Assembly (NCBI RefSeq): GCF_044704955.1
Contig: NW_027252668.1
Location: 11,904,001-11,968,000, forward strand
DNA length: 64,000 bases
Origin: Pristiophorus japonicus
Lineage: Eukaryota
Reading direction: 5' to 3'
The notes beneath the pieces were generated by a model that made no database searches, had not been told where the DNA came from, and saw nothing but the letters and a program-made list of their open reading frames with translations. Positions 1 through 12,849 of this stretch are shown here, piece after piece (positions within the stretch are counted from its first letter, which is position 1; every line of letters starts with the position of its first letter). The position numbers and the translations under genes were made by a program.

Positions 1-1821
1 CCAACATTGGGAACATTCTTCCTGCATCTAACCTGTCTAACCCCGTCAGAATTTTAAACGTTTCTATGAGGTCCCCTCTCATTCTTCTGAACTCCAGTGA
101 ATAAAAGCCCAGTTGATCCAGTCTTTCTTGATTGGTCAGTCCCGCCATCCCGGGAATCAGTCTGGTGAACCTTCGCTGCACTCCCTCAATAGCAAGAATG
201 TCCTTCCTCAGGTTAGGAGACCAAAACTGTACACAATACTCCAGGTGTGGCCTCATCAAGGCCCTGTACAATTGTAGCAACACCTCCCTGTCCTTGTACT
301 CAAATCCCCTCGCTATGAAGGCCAACATGCCATTTGCTTTCTTAACCGCCTGCTGTACCTGCATGCCAACCTTCAATGACTGATGTACCATGACACCCAG
401 GTCTCTTTGCACCTGCCCTTTTCCTAATCTGTCACCATTCAGATAATAGTCTGTCTCTCTGTTTTTACCACCAAAGTGGATAACCTCACATTTATCTACA
501 TTATACTTCATCTGCCATGCATTTGCCCACTCACCTAACCTCTCCAAGTCGCTCTGCAGCCTCATAGAATCCTCCTTGCAGCTCACACTGCCACCCAACT
601 TCGTGTCATCTGCAAATTTGGAGATACTACATTTAATCCCCTCGTCTAAATCATTAATGTACAGCGTAAACAGCTGGGGCCCCAGCACAGAACCTTGCGG
701 TACCCCACTAGTCACTGTCTGCCATTCTGAAAAGTCCCCATTTACTCCTACTCTTTGCTTCCTGTCTGAAGCAGTTCTCAATCCATGTCAGCACACTACC
801 CCCAATCCCATGTGCTTTAACTTTGATCATTAATCTCTTGTGTGGGACCTTGTCGAAAGCCTTCTAAAAGTCCAAATATACCACATCAACTGGTTCTCCT
901 TTGTCCACTCTACTGGAAACATCCTCAAAAAATTCCAGAAGATTTGTCAAGCATGATTTCCCTTTCACATATCCATGCTGGCTTGGACCTATCATATTAT
1001 CTCTTTCCAAATGCACTGCGATGACATCCTTAATATTTGAATCCATCATTTTACCCACTACCGATGTCGGGCTGACCGGTCTGTAATTCCCTGTTTTCTC
1101 TTTCCCTCCTTTTTTAAAAAGTGGGGTTACATTGGCTACCCTCCACTCCATAGGAACTGATCCAGAGTCAATGGAATGTTGGAAAATGACTGTCAATGCA
1201 TCCACTATTTCCAAAGCCACCTCCTTAGGTACTCTGGGATGCAGTCCATCAGGCCCTGGGGATTTATCGGCCTTCAATCCCATCAATTTCCCCAACACAA
1301 TTTCCCGACTAATAAGGATTTCCCTCAGTTCCTCCTCCTTACTAGACCCTCCGATTCCTTTTATATCCGGAAGGTTGTTTGTGTCCTCCTCAGTGAATAC
1401 CGAACCAAAGTACTTGTTCAATTGGTCCGCCATTTCTTTGTTCCCCGTTATGACTTCCCCTGATTCTGACTGCAGGGGACCTACGTTTGTCTTTACTAAC
1501 CTTTTTCTCTTTACATATATATAGAAACTTTTGCAATCCGTCTTAATGTTCCCTGCAAGCTTCTTCTCGTACTCCATTTTCCCTGCCCTAATTAAACCCT
1601 TTGTCCTCCTCTGCTGAGTTCTAAATTTCTCCCAGTCTCCGGGTTCTCTGCTATTTCTGGCGAATTTGTATGCCACTTCCTTGGCTTTAATGCTATCCCT
1701 GATTTCCCTTGATAGCCACGGTTGAGCCACCTTCCCTTTTATATTTTTACGACAGACAGGAATGTACAATTGTTGTCGTTCATCCATGCGGTCTCTAAAT
1801 GTCTGCCATTGCCCATCCACA

Positions 1822-2995
1822 GTCCCACACAAGAGATTAATGTGCAAAGTTAAAGCACATGGGATTGGGGGTAGTGTGCTGACGTGGATTGAGAACTGGT
1901 TGTCAGACAGGAAGCAAAGAGTAGGAGTAAACGGGTACTTTTCAGAATGGCAGGCAGTGACTAGTGGAGTGCCGCAAGGTTCTGTGCTGGGGCCCCAGCT
2001 GTTTACATTGTACATTAATGATTTAGACGAGGGGATTAAATGCTGTATCTCCAAATTTGCGGATGATACTAAGTTGGGTGGCAGTGTGAGTTGCGAGGAG
2101 GATGCTATAAGGCTGCAGAGTGACTTGGATAGGTTAGGTGACTGGGCAAATGCATGGCAGATGAAGTATAATGTGGATCAATGTGAGGTTATCCACTTTG
2201 GTGGTAAAAACCGAGAGACAGACTATTATCTGAATGGTGACAGATTAGGAAAAGGGAAGGTTAACGAGACCTGGGTGTCATGGTACATCAGTCATTGAAG
2301 GTTAGCATGCAGGTACAGCAGGCGGTTAAGAAAGCAAATGGCATGTTGGCCTTCATAGCGAGGGGATTTGAATACAGGGGCAGGGATGTGTTGCTACAGT
2401 TGTACAGGGCCTTGGTGAGGCCACACCTGGAGTATTGTGTACAGTTTTGGTCTCCTAATTTGAGGACGGACATTCTTGCTATTGAGGGAGTGCAGCGAAG
2501 GTTCACCAGACTGATTCCCGGGATGGCGGGACTGACCTATCAAGAAAGACTGGATCAACTGGGCTTGTATTCACTGGAGTTCAGAAGAATGAGAGGGGAC
2601 CTCATAGAAACGTTTAAAATTCTGACAGGTTTAGACAGGTTCGATGCAGAAAGAATGTTCCCAATGTTGGGGAAGTCCAGAACCAGGGGTCACAGTCTGA
2701 GGACAAGGGGTAAGCCATTTAGGACCTTGATGAGGAGAAACCTCTTCACCCAGAGAGTGGTGAACCTGTGGAATTCTCTACCACAGAAAGTAGTTGAGGC
2801 CAATTCACTAAATATATTCAAAAGGGAGTTAGATGAAGTCCTTACTACTCGGGGGATCAAGGGTTATGGCGAGAAAGCAGGAATGGGTTACTGAAGTTTC
2901 ATGTTCAGCCATGAACTCATTGAATGGCGGTGCAGGCTAGAAGGGCTGAATGGCCTGCTCCTGCACCTATTTTCTATGTTTCTATGTTTCTATGT
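1822..2995 (+). mobile_element. 5'-truncated CR1 inserted antisense into ORF2 of the outer CR1
   Basis: RT C-terminal half ([23 protein letters not shown]), 3' UTR and (TTTCTATG)n tail at 2971-2995. The outer element resumes directly afterwards. Confidence 0.95.
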
Positions 2996-3828
2996 ATCAT
3001 TCGCCAATCTATCCTAGCCAATTCACGCCTCATACCTTCAAAGTTACCCTTCTTTAATTTCTGGACCATGGTCTCTGAATTAACTGTTTCATTCTCCATC
3101 CTTATGCGGAATTCCACCATATTATGGTCACACTTCCCCAAGGCTCCTCGCACAACGAGATTGCTAATTAATCCTCTCTCATTGCACAACACCCAGTCTA
3201 AGATGGCCTCCCCCCTAGTTGGTTCCTCGACATATTGGTCTAAAATACCATCCCTTATGCACTCCAGGAAATCCACCTCTACCGTTTTGCTTCCAGTTTG
3301 GTTAACCCAATCTATGTGCATATTAAAGTCACCCATTATAACTGCTGCCCATTTATTGCACGCCCCCCTAATTTCATGTTTGATGCCCTCCCCAACATCA
3401 CTACTACTGTTTGGACGTCTGTACACAACTCCCACTAACGTTTTTTTTCCTTTGGTATTCTGCAGCTCTACCCATATAGATTCCACATCATCCAGGCTAA
3501 TGTCCTTCCGAAATATTGCCTTAATTTGCTCCTTAACCAGCAATGCTACCCCACCTCCTTTTCCTTTTATTCTGTCTTTCCTGAATGTTGAATACCCCTG
3601 GATGTTGAGTTCCCAGCCCTGATCATCCTGGAGCCACGTCTCCGTAATCCCAATCACATCATATTTGTTAACATCTATTTGCATAGATTTATTGCGGATA
3701 CTCCTTGCATTAAGACACAAAGCCTTCAGGCTTTTACTTTTAACACCCTTTGTCATTTTAGAATTTTGCTGTACAGTGGCCCTTTTTGTTCTTTGCCTTG
3801 GGTTTCTCTGCCCTGCACTTTTCCTCAT
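2996..3828 (-). pseudogene. CR1 ORF2 APE endonuclease domain (continues at 1821-864 as linker and RT)
   Basis: ORF 2974..3828 has the APE motifs ETWL, GVVYR, GDFN, LDWVL and DHNMV. Confidence 0.9.
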
Positions 3829-3905
3829 CTCCTTTCTGTCTTTTGCTTTTGCCTCCTTTTTGTTTACCTCTGTCTCCCTGCATTGGTTCCCATCACCCTG
3901 CCATA

Positions 3906-4852
3906 TCAGTTTAAATCCTCCCCAACAGCACTAGCAAACACTCCCCCTAGGACATTGGTTCCGGTCCTGCCCAGGTGCAGACCGTCCGGTTTGTACTGGT
4001 CCCACCTCCTCCAGAAGCGGTTCCAATGCCCCAGGAATTTGAATCCCTCCCTGTTGCACCACTGCTCAAGCCACGTAATCATCTGTGCTATCCTGCGATT
4101 CCTACTCTGAATATCACGTGGCACTGGTAGCAATCCCGAGATTACTACTTTTGAGGTCCTACTTTTTAATTTAGCTCCTAGCTCCTTAAATTCGTTTCGT
4201 AGGACCTCATCCCTCTTTTTACCTATGTCGTTGGTACCAATGTGCACCACGACAACTGGCTGTTCTCCCTCCCTTTTTAGAATGTCCTGCACCCGCTCCG
4301 AGACATCCTTGACCCTTGCACCAGGGAGGCAACATACCATCCTGGAGTCTCGGTTGCGGCCGCAGAAACGCCTATCTATTCCCCTCACCATTGAATCCCT
4401 AATCACTATTGCTCTCCCACTCTTTGCCCTGCCCTCCTGTGCAGCAGAGCCAGCCACGGTGCCATGTACTTGGCTGCTGCTGCCCTCCCCTGATGAGTCA
4501 TCCCCTCAACAGTACCCAAAGCTGTGTATCTGTTTTGCAGGGGGATGACCACAGGGGACTCCTGCACTACCTTCCTTGCACTGCTCTTCCTGTTGGTCTT
4601 CCATTCCCTATCTGGCTGTGGACCCTTTCCCTGTGGTACGACCAACTCGCTACACGTGATACTCACGTCATTCTCAGCATCGTGGATGCTCCAGAGTGAA
4701 TCCACCCTCAGCTCCAACTTCGCAACGCGGTCTGTCAGGAGCTGGAGGCGGATACACTTCCCGCACACGTAATCGTCAGGGACACCGGAAGTGTCCCTGA
4801 GTTCCCACATGGTACAGGAGGAGCATAACACCCGACCGAGCTCTCCTGCCAT
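3906..4852 (-). pseudogene. CR1 ORF1: zinc-binding and coiled-coil N-terminus plus SGNH esterase, one frameshift
   Basis: ORF 4406..4852 (CSSC...CGKC, heptad LLTDRVAKLELRV) overlaps ORF 3906..4457 (RDSMVR for GDS, PGA, HIGTND, DGLH). Confidence 0.9.
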
Positions 4853-4938
4853 GACTTAACACTTATATACACTTAAATTGGCAACAACAATGTTAAAAGT
4901 TACTCACTGATATCGGAGAAAAAAGAAAAACTACTCAC

Positions 4939-5190
4939 CAATAACCAGCCAATCACTGTGACGTCACCTTTTGATTTTTTTCTACTTCTTTTTTGCCTTC
5001 TCCCTGTAGCTGCACAAGTACGCCTTTTATAGGCCGCTCCACGCACCTCCTCGACGCTGCTACCGATTGCCGCCGACGCTGGGCCCCGGACTCCCTGCTG
5101 TGCCTTTTATAGGCCGCTCGACGCTGCTCCCGACTCCCTGCTGTGCCTTTTATAGGCCGCTCCACGCACCTCCTCGACGCTGCTCCCGAT
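4939..5190 (-). promoter_or_regulatory. CR1 5' UTR with three GAGCGGCCTATAAAAGGC repeats and a GTGACGTCAC palindrome; candidate internal promoter
   Basis: GCCTTTTATAGGCCGCTC on + near 5023, 5102 and 5145; GTGACGTCAC at 4958-4967. Promoter function is inferred. Confidence 0.5.
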
Positions 5191-8100
5191 TGGTGCCTCA
5201 TTGTAAGCGATCCCTGGATTTGTTGTATCAGTGTAAGGGGTCCCTGGATTTGATGCCTCAGTGTAAGTTGTCCCTTGATTTCGTATCTCAATGTAAGGGG
5301 TCCCTGGATTTGATGCCTCAATGTAAGGGGTCCCTGGATTTGATGCCTTAGTGTTATGTTTCCCCGAATTTTTCTTCTCAGTGTAAGGGGTCCCCGGATT
5401 TGAATCCTCAGTGTCAGGGGTCCCTGGATTTGATGCCTCAGTGTCAGGGGTCCCTGGATTTGATCCATCAGTGTAAGAGGTCCCTGGATTTTGTTTCTTC
5501 GTGTAAGGGGTCTCTGGATTTGATGCCTCAGTGTAAGGGCTGCCTGGATTCGATGTCTCAGTGTAAGGGGTCCCTGGAGTTGATGCCTCAGTGTAAGTGC
5601 TCCCTCGATTTGATGTCTCAGTGTTTGGTGTCCCTGGATTTGATGCTTCAGTGTAAGTGGTCCTGTGATTTGATGCCTCAGTTTAAGGGTCACTGGATTT
5701 GATGTCTCCGTGTAAGAGGTCCCTGGATTTGGTGCCTCAGTGTAAGTGGTCCCTGAAGTTGATGCCACAGTGTAAGGGGTCCCTGGATTTGATGTCTCAG
5801 TGGAAGTGGTCCCTCGATTTGATGTCTCAGTGTCAGGTGTCCCTGGATTTGAAGCCTCAGTGTCAGGGGTCCCTGGATTTGGTGTCTAATTATAAGGGGT
5901 CCCTGGATTTCGTGCCTCAGTGTTAGGGGTCCCTGGATTTGATGTCTCAGTGCCAGGGCTCCCTGGATTTGATGTCTTAGTGTAAGTGGTCCCTGGATTT
6001 GATGCCTCAGTGTAAGGTGTCCCTGGATTTCGTGCCTCAGTGTTAGGGGTCCCTGGATTCGATGTCTCATTGCAAGGGTTCCCTGGATTTGGTGCCTCAG
6101 TGTCAGTGATCCCTGGATTTGATGCCTCAGTGTATGTGGTCCCTGGATTTGATGTCTCAGTGTAAGGGGTCCCTGGATTTGAATCCTCAGTGTATGGGGT
6201 CCCTGGTTTTGGTGTCTCAGTGTTCGGGGTCCCTGGACTTCGTGTCTCAGAGTAAGGGTCCCTGGATTTGATGCCTCAGTGTAATGGGTCCCTGGATTTG
6301 ATGCCTCAGTGTTAGGTTTCCACGAATTTTTCTTCTCAGTGTAAGGTGTCCCCGGATTTGAATCCTCAGTGTAAGGGGTCCCTGTATTTGATGCCTCAGT
6401 GTCAGGTGTCCCTGGATTTGATCCATCGGTGTAAGAGGTCCCTGGATTTTGTGTCTTCGTGTAAGGGGTCTCTGGATTTGATGCCTCAGTGTAACGGCTC
6501 CCTGAATTTGATGTCTCAGTGTAAGGGGTCCCTGGATTTGATCCTTCAGTGTAAGAGGTCCCTTGATTTGATGCCTCAGTTTAAGGGTCACTGGATTTGA
6601 TGTCTCCGTGTAAGGGGTCCCTGGATTTGGTGCCTCACTGTAAGTGGTCCCTGAAGTTGATGCCACAGTGTAAGGGGTCCCTGGATTTGATGTCTCAGTG
6701 GAAGTGGTCCCTCGATTTGATGTCTCAGTGTCAGGTGTCCCTGGATTTGAAGCCTCAGTGTCAGGGGTCCCTGGATTTGGTGTCTCAGTGTAAGGGGTCC
6801 CTGGATTTGGTGTATCAGTGCACGGGCTCCCTGGATATGATGTCTCAGTGTAAGGTGTTCCTGGATTTCGTGCCTCAGTGTAAGTGGTCCCTGGATTTGA
6901 TGCCTCAGTGTAAGGGGTCACTGGATTTGATGTAGCAGTGTAAGGGGTTCCTGGATTTGATGTCTCAGTGTAACGGGTCCCTGGATTTGATGTCTCAGTG
7001 TAAGGGGTCCCTGGATTCGAAGCCTCAGTGTAAGGGGTCCCTGGATTTGATGCCTCAGTGTAATAACTCCTTCGATTTGACACCTCAGTGTAAGGGGTCC
7101 CTGGATTTGATATCTCAGTGTAAACGGTCCCTGGATTTGGTGCCTCAGTGTAAGGGGTTCTTGGATTTGATGTCACAGTGTAAGGGGTCCCTGGATTTGA
7201 TGTCACAGTTTAACGGAATCCCTGGATTTGATGTCTCAGTGTAAGGGGTCCCTGGATTTGATGTCTCAGTGAAAGGGGTCCCTGGATTTGGTGTCTCAGT
7301 GTAAAGGGTCCCTGGATTTGGTGCCTCAGTGTAAGGGGTCCCTGGATTTGGTGCCTCAGTGTACGGAGTCCCTTACTTTGATGTCTCAGTGTAAGGGGTC
7401 ACTGGATTTGACGCCTCAGTGTAAGGGGTCCCTGGATTTGATATCTCAGTGTAAACGGTCACTGGATTTGGTGCCTCAGTGTAAGGGGTCCTTGGATTTG
7501 ATGTCACAGGGTAAGGGGTCCCTGGATTTGATGTCACAGTGTAACAGTATCCCTGGATTTGATGTCTCAGTGTAAGGGGTCTCTAGATTTGGTGTCTCAG
7601 TGTAAGGGGTCCCTTACTTTGATGTCTCAGTGTAAGTGGTCACTGGATTTGATGCCTCAGTGTAAGGCGTCCCTTGATTTGATGTCTCAGTGTAAGGGGT
7701 CACTGGATTTGGTGTCTCAGTGCAAGGGGTCCCTGTATTTGGTGACTCATTGTAAGGGGTCTCTGCATTTGATGTCACAGTGTAATGGGTCCCTGGATTT
7801 GATGCCTCATTGTAAGGGATCTCAGGATTTGGTGCCTCAGTGTAAGGGGTCCCTGGATTTGATGCCCCAGTGTAAGTGGTCCCTGGATTTTGTGCCTTCA
7901 TGTAAGGATTCTCTGGATTTGATGCCTCAGTGTAAGGGCTCCCTGGATTTGATGTCTCAGTGTAAGGGGTACATGGATTTGGTGCCTCAGTGTAAGGGAT
8001 CCCTGGATTTGATGCCTCAGTGTATGGGGTCCCTGGTTTTGGTATCTCAGTGTTCGGGGTCCCTGGACTTCGTGTCTCAGAGTAAGGGTCCCTAGATTTG

Positions 8101-10520
8101 TTGCCTCAGTATCAGTGTCAGAGGTCCCTGGATTTGATGTCGCAGTGTAAGGGGTCCCTGGATTTGATGTCTCAGTGTCAGGGGTCACTGGATTTGTTGT
8201 CTCAGTGTAACGGGTCCCTGGATTTGATGTCTCAGAGTAAGGGGTCCCTGGATTCGAAGCCTCAGTGTAAGGGGTCCCTGGATTTGATGCCTCAGTGTAA
8301 TGGCTCCCTGGATTTGACACCTCAGTGTAAGGGGTCCCTGGATTTGATATATCAGTGTAAACGGTCCCTGGATTTGGTGCCTCTGTGTAAGGGGTCCTTG
8401 GATTTGATTCACAGGGTAAGGGGTCCCTGGATTTGATGTCACAGTGTAACGGAATCCCTGAATTTGATGTCTCAGTGTAAGAGGTCTCTCGATTTGGTGT
8501 CTCAGTGTAAGGGGTCCCTGGATTTGGTGCCTCAGTGTAAGGGATCCCTTACTTTGATGTCTCAGTGTAAATGGTCACTGGATTTGATGCCTAAGTGTAA
8601 GGCGTCCCTTGATATGATGTCTCAGTGTAAGGGGTCCCTGGATTTGATGTCTCAGTGTAAAGGGTCCCTGGATTTGGTGTCTCAGTGTAAAGGGTCCCTG
8701 GATTTGGTGCCTCAGTGTGAGGGGTCCCTGGATTTGGTGCCTCAGTGTAAGGGGTCCCTTACTTTGATGTCTCAGTTTAAATGGTCACTGGATTTGATGC
8801 CTAATTGTAAGTCGTCCCTTGATTTGATGTCTCAGTGTAAGGGGTCACTGGATTTGATGTCTCAGTGTAAGGGGTCCCTATATTTGCTGTCTCAGTGTAA
8901 AGGGTCCCTGGATTTGGTGCCTCAGTGTAAGGGGACCCTGGATTTGGTGCCTAAGTGTAAGGGATCCCTTACTTTGATGTCTCAGTGTAAGTGGTCACTG
9001 GATTTGATGCCTCAGTGTAAGGCGTCCCTGGATTTGATGTCTCAGTGTAAGTGGTCCCTGGTTTTGATGTCTCAGTGTAAGGGGTCCCTGGATTTGGTGT
9101 CTCAGTGTAAGGGGTCCCTGGATTTGGTGACTCATTGTAAGGGGTCTCTGCATTTGATGTCACAGTGTAAGGGGTCCCTGGATTTGATGCCTCATTGTAA
9201 GGGATCCCAGGATTTGGTGCCTCATAATAAGCGATCCTTGGATTTGGTATATCAGTGTAAGGGGTCGCTGGATTTGACGCCTCATTGTAAGGGGTCCCTG
9301 GATTTGATGTCTCAGTGTAAGGGGTCCCTGGATTTGATGCCTCAGTGTAAGTGGTCCCTGGATTTTGTGCCTTCGTGTAATTGTCTCTGGATTTGGTGCC
9401 TCAGTGTAAGGGATCCCTGGATTTGATGCCTCAGTGTATGTGGTCCATGGATTTGATGTCTCAGTGTAAGTGCTCCCTGGATTTGATGCCTCAGTGTATG
9501 GGGTCCCTGGTTTTGGTGTCTCAGTGTAAGGGGTCCCTGGATTTGGTGACTCATTGTAAGGGGTCTCTGCATTTGATGTCACAGTGTAAGGGGTCCCTGG
9601 ATTTGATGCCTCATTGTAAGGGATCCCAGGATTTGGTGCCTCATAATAAGCGATCCCTGGATTTGGTATATCAGTGTAAGGGGTCGCTGGATTTGACGCC
9701 TCATTGTAAGGGGTCCCTGGACTTCGTGTCTCACAGTAAGGGTCCCTGGATTTGATGCCTCAGTATCAGTGTCAGAGGTCCCTGGATTTGATGTCGCAGT
9801 TTAAGGGGTCCCTGGAATTGATGTCACAGTGTAAGGGATCCCTGGATTTGATGCCTCATTGTAAGGGATCCCAGGATTTGGTGCCTCATAATAAGCGATC
9901 TCTGCATTTGGTGTATCAGTGTAAGTGGTCCCTGGATTTTGTGCCTCAGTGTAAGGGGTCCCTGGATTTGGTGCCTCAGTGTAAGGGGTCCCTTACTTTG
10001 ATGTCTCAGTGTAAATGGTCACTGGATTTGATGCCTAATTGTAAGGCGTCCCTTGATTTGATGTCTCAGTGTAAGGGGTCACTGGATTTGATGTCTCAGT
10101 GTAAGGGGTCCCTATATTTGCTGTCTCAGAGCATGGGTCCCTGGATTTGATGCCTCAGGGTCAGTGTCAGGGGTCGCTGGATGTGATGCCTCAGTGTAAG
10201 GGGTCCCTGGATTTGGTGTCTCGTTGTAAGGGATCCCTGGACTTGATGTCTTAGTGTAAGGGGGTAACTGGATTTGATGACTCAGTGTCAGGGGTCCCTG
10301 GATTTGGTGCCTCATTGTCATTGGTCCCTGGATTTGATGCCTCAGTGTGAGGGGTCCCTGGATTTGATGCATCAGTGTAAGGGGTCACTGAATTTGGTGC
10401 CTCATTGCAAGGGCTCGCTGGATTTGATGACACAATGCAAGTGGTTCCTGGATTTGGTGTCACAATGTTTGTGGTCCCTGGATTTCGTGTCACAATGTAA
10501 GGGAATCTTGGATTTGTTGT
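5190..10520. repeat. 30-bp minisatellite, consensus GATTTGATGYCTCAGTGTAAGGGGTCCCTG, roughly 175-180 units
   Basis: 30-nt periodicity is directly visible. It explains the decapeptide-repeat ORFs seen on both strands. Confidence 0.98.
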
Positions 10521-11121
10521 CAACAGCACCTCGTCATTGGGACTCGTCATCACGGAGCCCAGCACATTCAGCACAGAAAGATCCAATTAAAATCTATTGC
10601 CAATTAACACTACCCATATTAATTCACCAGAAACAGCCCAGTGCCTGCAAGGAAGTGCTGCTCCGCATTTAGCTTCAGTGAAACACATTGCAAAACATTT
10701 TAAAAGAAAACTAAATCCATCATAGTTCAACAAAGGCAATTAATGGGCAGTAAATCTCACTGATTCATACACCTCCTTCACCCCTACTCTCCAACTCCCC
10801 CTCGCCAACTACTCTTTGACCGATACTTACCAAACCCCTCACCCCAACTCCTCTATCACCTTATTTCTTTCAAAACCTCACCCCAACTCCTCTTTCACCC
10901 TCCTCTCCAAACCCACCTCCTCCAACTCCTATTTCATCCATACAGTTTCATTTTCAACATCACTTACACAAGTCATCCACACTGGAGGTAAACCTGAGGA
11001 TCTTGTTTGTGATGGTGAGGTGATCATTGGACAATAAACTGCAGAGTCTGTTGGGTGGCTGCTCATTACCCTCGGTGAGATTTAATCCCCTTACCAATGA
11101 ATACTGCGGACAGACAGTATA

Positions 11122-12043
11122 CTTGGTAACGGAATGGTCATTGTGACATCACTTTCTAAACAAGAGCACACAACACAATGGGCCATCAATAAATGGTAAA
11201 GGGATTAAACACTCTGCAATTATATCGTAAATAATAGGAAATAAAATGCTGAAAAATAACTAACGAAGAAAATAGCTTATCTCTGGAATTAAATAATATA
11301 CAATAATAATGATCTGTTTCGTTTACACACACACACGTACACATATATATAGCAAAGACTGTGTGTACACACATTTCAGTTGTTGTGCTTAAGCTGATGG
11401 AATATGTTTCCTTCGGTCTTGCGTCAGGATATAAAGAGACTGCACACTGTTGCTCCTCCCGCTGCTTGGGGGAATGGAGCTGATATTGAAAGGGACAGGA
11501 ACTGCCTAGTTATACTTAATAGAACAGTCCGGTTTATCTCGGAGTGTTGGAGGACTTCACAAGCCGAGATCCCATTTACAGTCGCTCCCTTCAGTACTGT
11601 GCATTGATTGTAAAGCTGTTTAGTTTCAGTGGCGAGTTTTTCTATAATGTCTCATTGTTTTTAATGATCCATTTGATTTGCTTTTCTAATTTGAAAGGAT
11701 TTCAGAATTGTACATTGTGTAGAAGGTTTTGTTTAAAGGTGGATTAAAATTTGTTTGAAAATATTCTTTCTAACCCTCCCCCAACCCCACAAATTTTAGA
11801 GCACTCTGCAATACTCACTGCGATGGTCCCAAGTTTGGTCCTTGATCTGGGCTGTTCGTTGTTCTCAGTCAAGGCAGCAGTTCAGGGGTTCTAATTGTCC
11901 TCACTACCACTGGGCTAAATATGAGTAAAAATTATCCAGTGCCCTTGCTCTTGATCCCGATCCAGTGACATCAAATGGGGAGTGTGTGGCTGTCACTTGA
12001 GGGCAGGATTGAATTCGGCTCTGATGCCTATCACAGTGGTAAT
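11122..12043 (+). repeat. Left arm of a ~0.93-kb diverged inverted duplication; inner ~220 bp is LF-SINE-like
   Basis: CTTGGTAACGGAATGGTCATTGTGACATCACTTTCTA (11122) is the reverse complement, with one mismatch, of ~14074-14110. Inner GGCTCTGATGCC (~12017) matches GGCATCAGAGCC (~13173). Confidence 0.9.
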
Positions 12044-12308
12044 TTCTATCCTGTACTTAAAGTAACAACTTTTGTAACCTCCATTTGCAGGATATTAGAA
12101 GGGGAGCATCTGCAGCTGGGAATCTCAAACCAACCATCACGTCAAGATTTGAGGGAATCATCGGATTCATCAGGATCACCTGATAATCAGCCTTTGGAAA
12201 AACACCAATCACAGCGGGCAGAAACAGGACATATATTCTGTGTGTGGATGCATCTTCAACCAATCGTCTAACCTGTGAGACTCGTGTGCCCAGCTGACTC
12301 AACACTGT

Positions 12309-12417
12309 AAATGTGGGGACAGTGGGAATGGATGCAGATGCGCGTCGGGTGAAAACACAACAGGGAGAGACCATTTACTAATTGAGTGTGGAAAGCGATG
12401 CAGTCGCTTATCTCAAC
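12309..12417 (+). pseudogene. Highly degraded C2H2 zinc-finger relic
   Basis: Fragments translate to KCGDSGNG, ERPFT and ECGKR across frameshifts. Confidence 0.55.
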
Positions 12418-12849
12418 AACTGCTGTGTGCACATGTTAAGTGCTGTCGCTGAAAGTGATTAACAGACTGGGTTTTGCGTTCAGTCATCCCGGGCGTGTTA
12501 GCTATCCCTAACCGGAACAACAAGGCAAAGAGAGACACTCTGGAAGGTATGGGGACCTGGGACTTGTTCCTGAGAGTAACCAAAGGCATGTGAACTGAAA
12601 CAATTTACAGTTAGAAAGGAGAAAAGGACCAACATGGAGCAGTCGGTAACAAGACATCAATAGTCTCCGCTTATCATAGAGATATCAAATATTGACACAT
12701 TGTGCTTTTAGAAATATCAAATAATAAACTCCAGCCAAGTTTTAGGAATTATTAAGATCAGCAGAAACAAATCCCAACTGACAGAACGAAGACGGTTCAG
12801 TCAGGATGTGATTAACAGCAGTAATAACAGGAGAATCCAACCCCTGCAG

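Larger units (their letters stand above)
1..5190 (-). mobile_element. Near full-length CR1-clade LINE (5' UTR, ORF1, ORF2), split by a nested CR1 at 1822-2995; 3' end lies outside the window
   Basis: Minus-strand order is UTR, ORF1 (CxxC..CxxC, then SGNH esterase), APE endonuclease (LNARSIRNK, ITETWL, GDFN, DHNMV), RT (KSPGPDGLHP, GNYRPVS, QHG, VDVVYLDF). Frameshifts are present. Confidence 0.95.

Noticed and set aside
132-1524. Plus-strand ORFs such as MVSPAIPGISLVNLRC and MATLHSIGTDPES, recurring across the window
   Set aside because: Antisense shadows of CR1 ORF2.
864-2298. ORFs 864..2054(-) and 1762..2298(+) as intact proteins
   Set aside because: They are chimeras reading across the nested CR1 junction at ~1822.
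5190-10520. CRISPR-like regular repeats
   Set aside because: Units are contiguous with no unique spacers, the context is eukaryotic, and there are no cas genes.
4953-10672. Long mucin-like or Cys-rich ORFs (TSNPGTPYTE, SQCKGSLDLM and LRHQIQGPLT repeats)
   Set aside because: By-product of a 30-bp unit. Several frames on both strands are open, and 1-nt indels switch frames freely.
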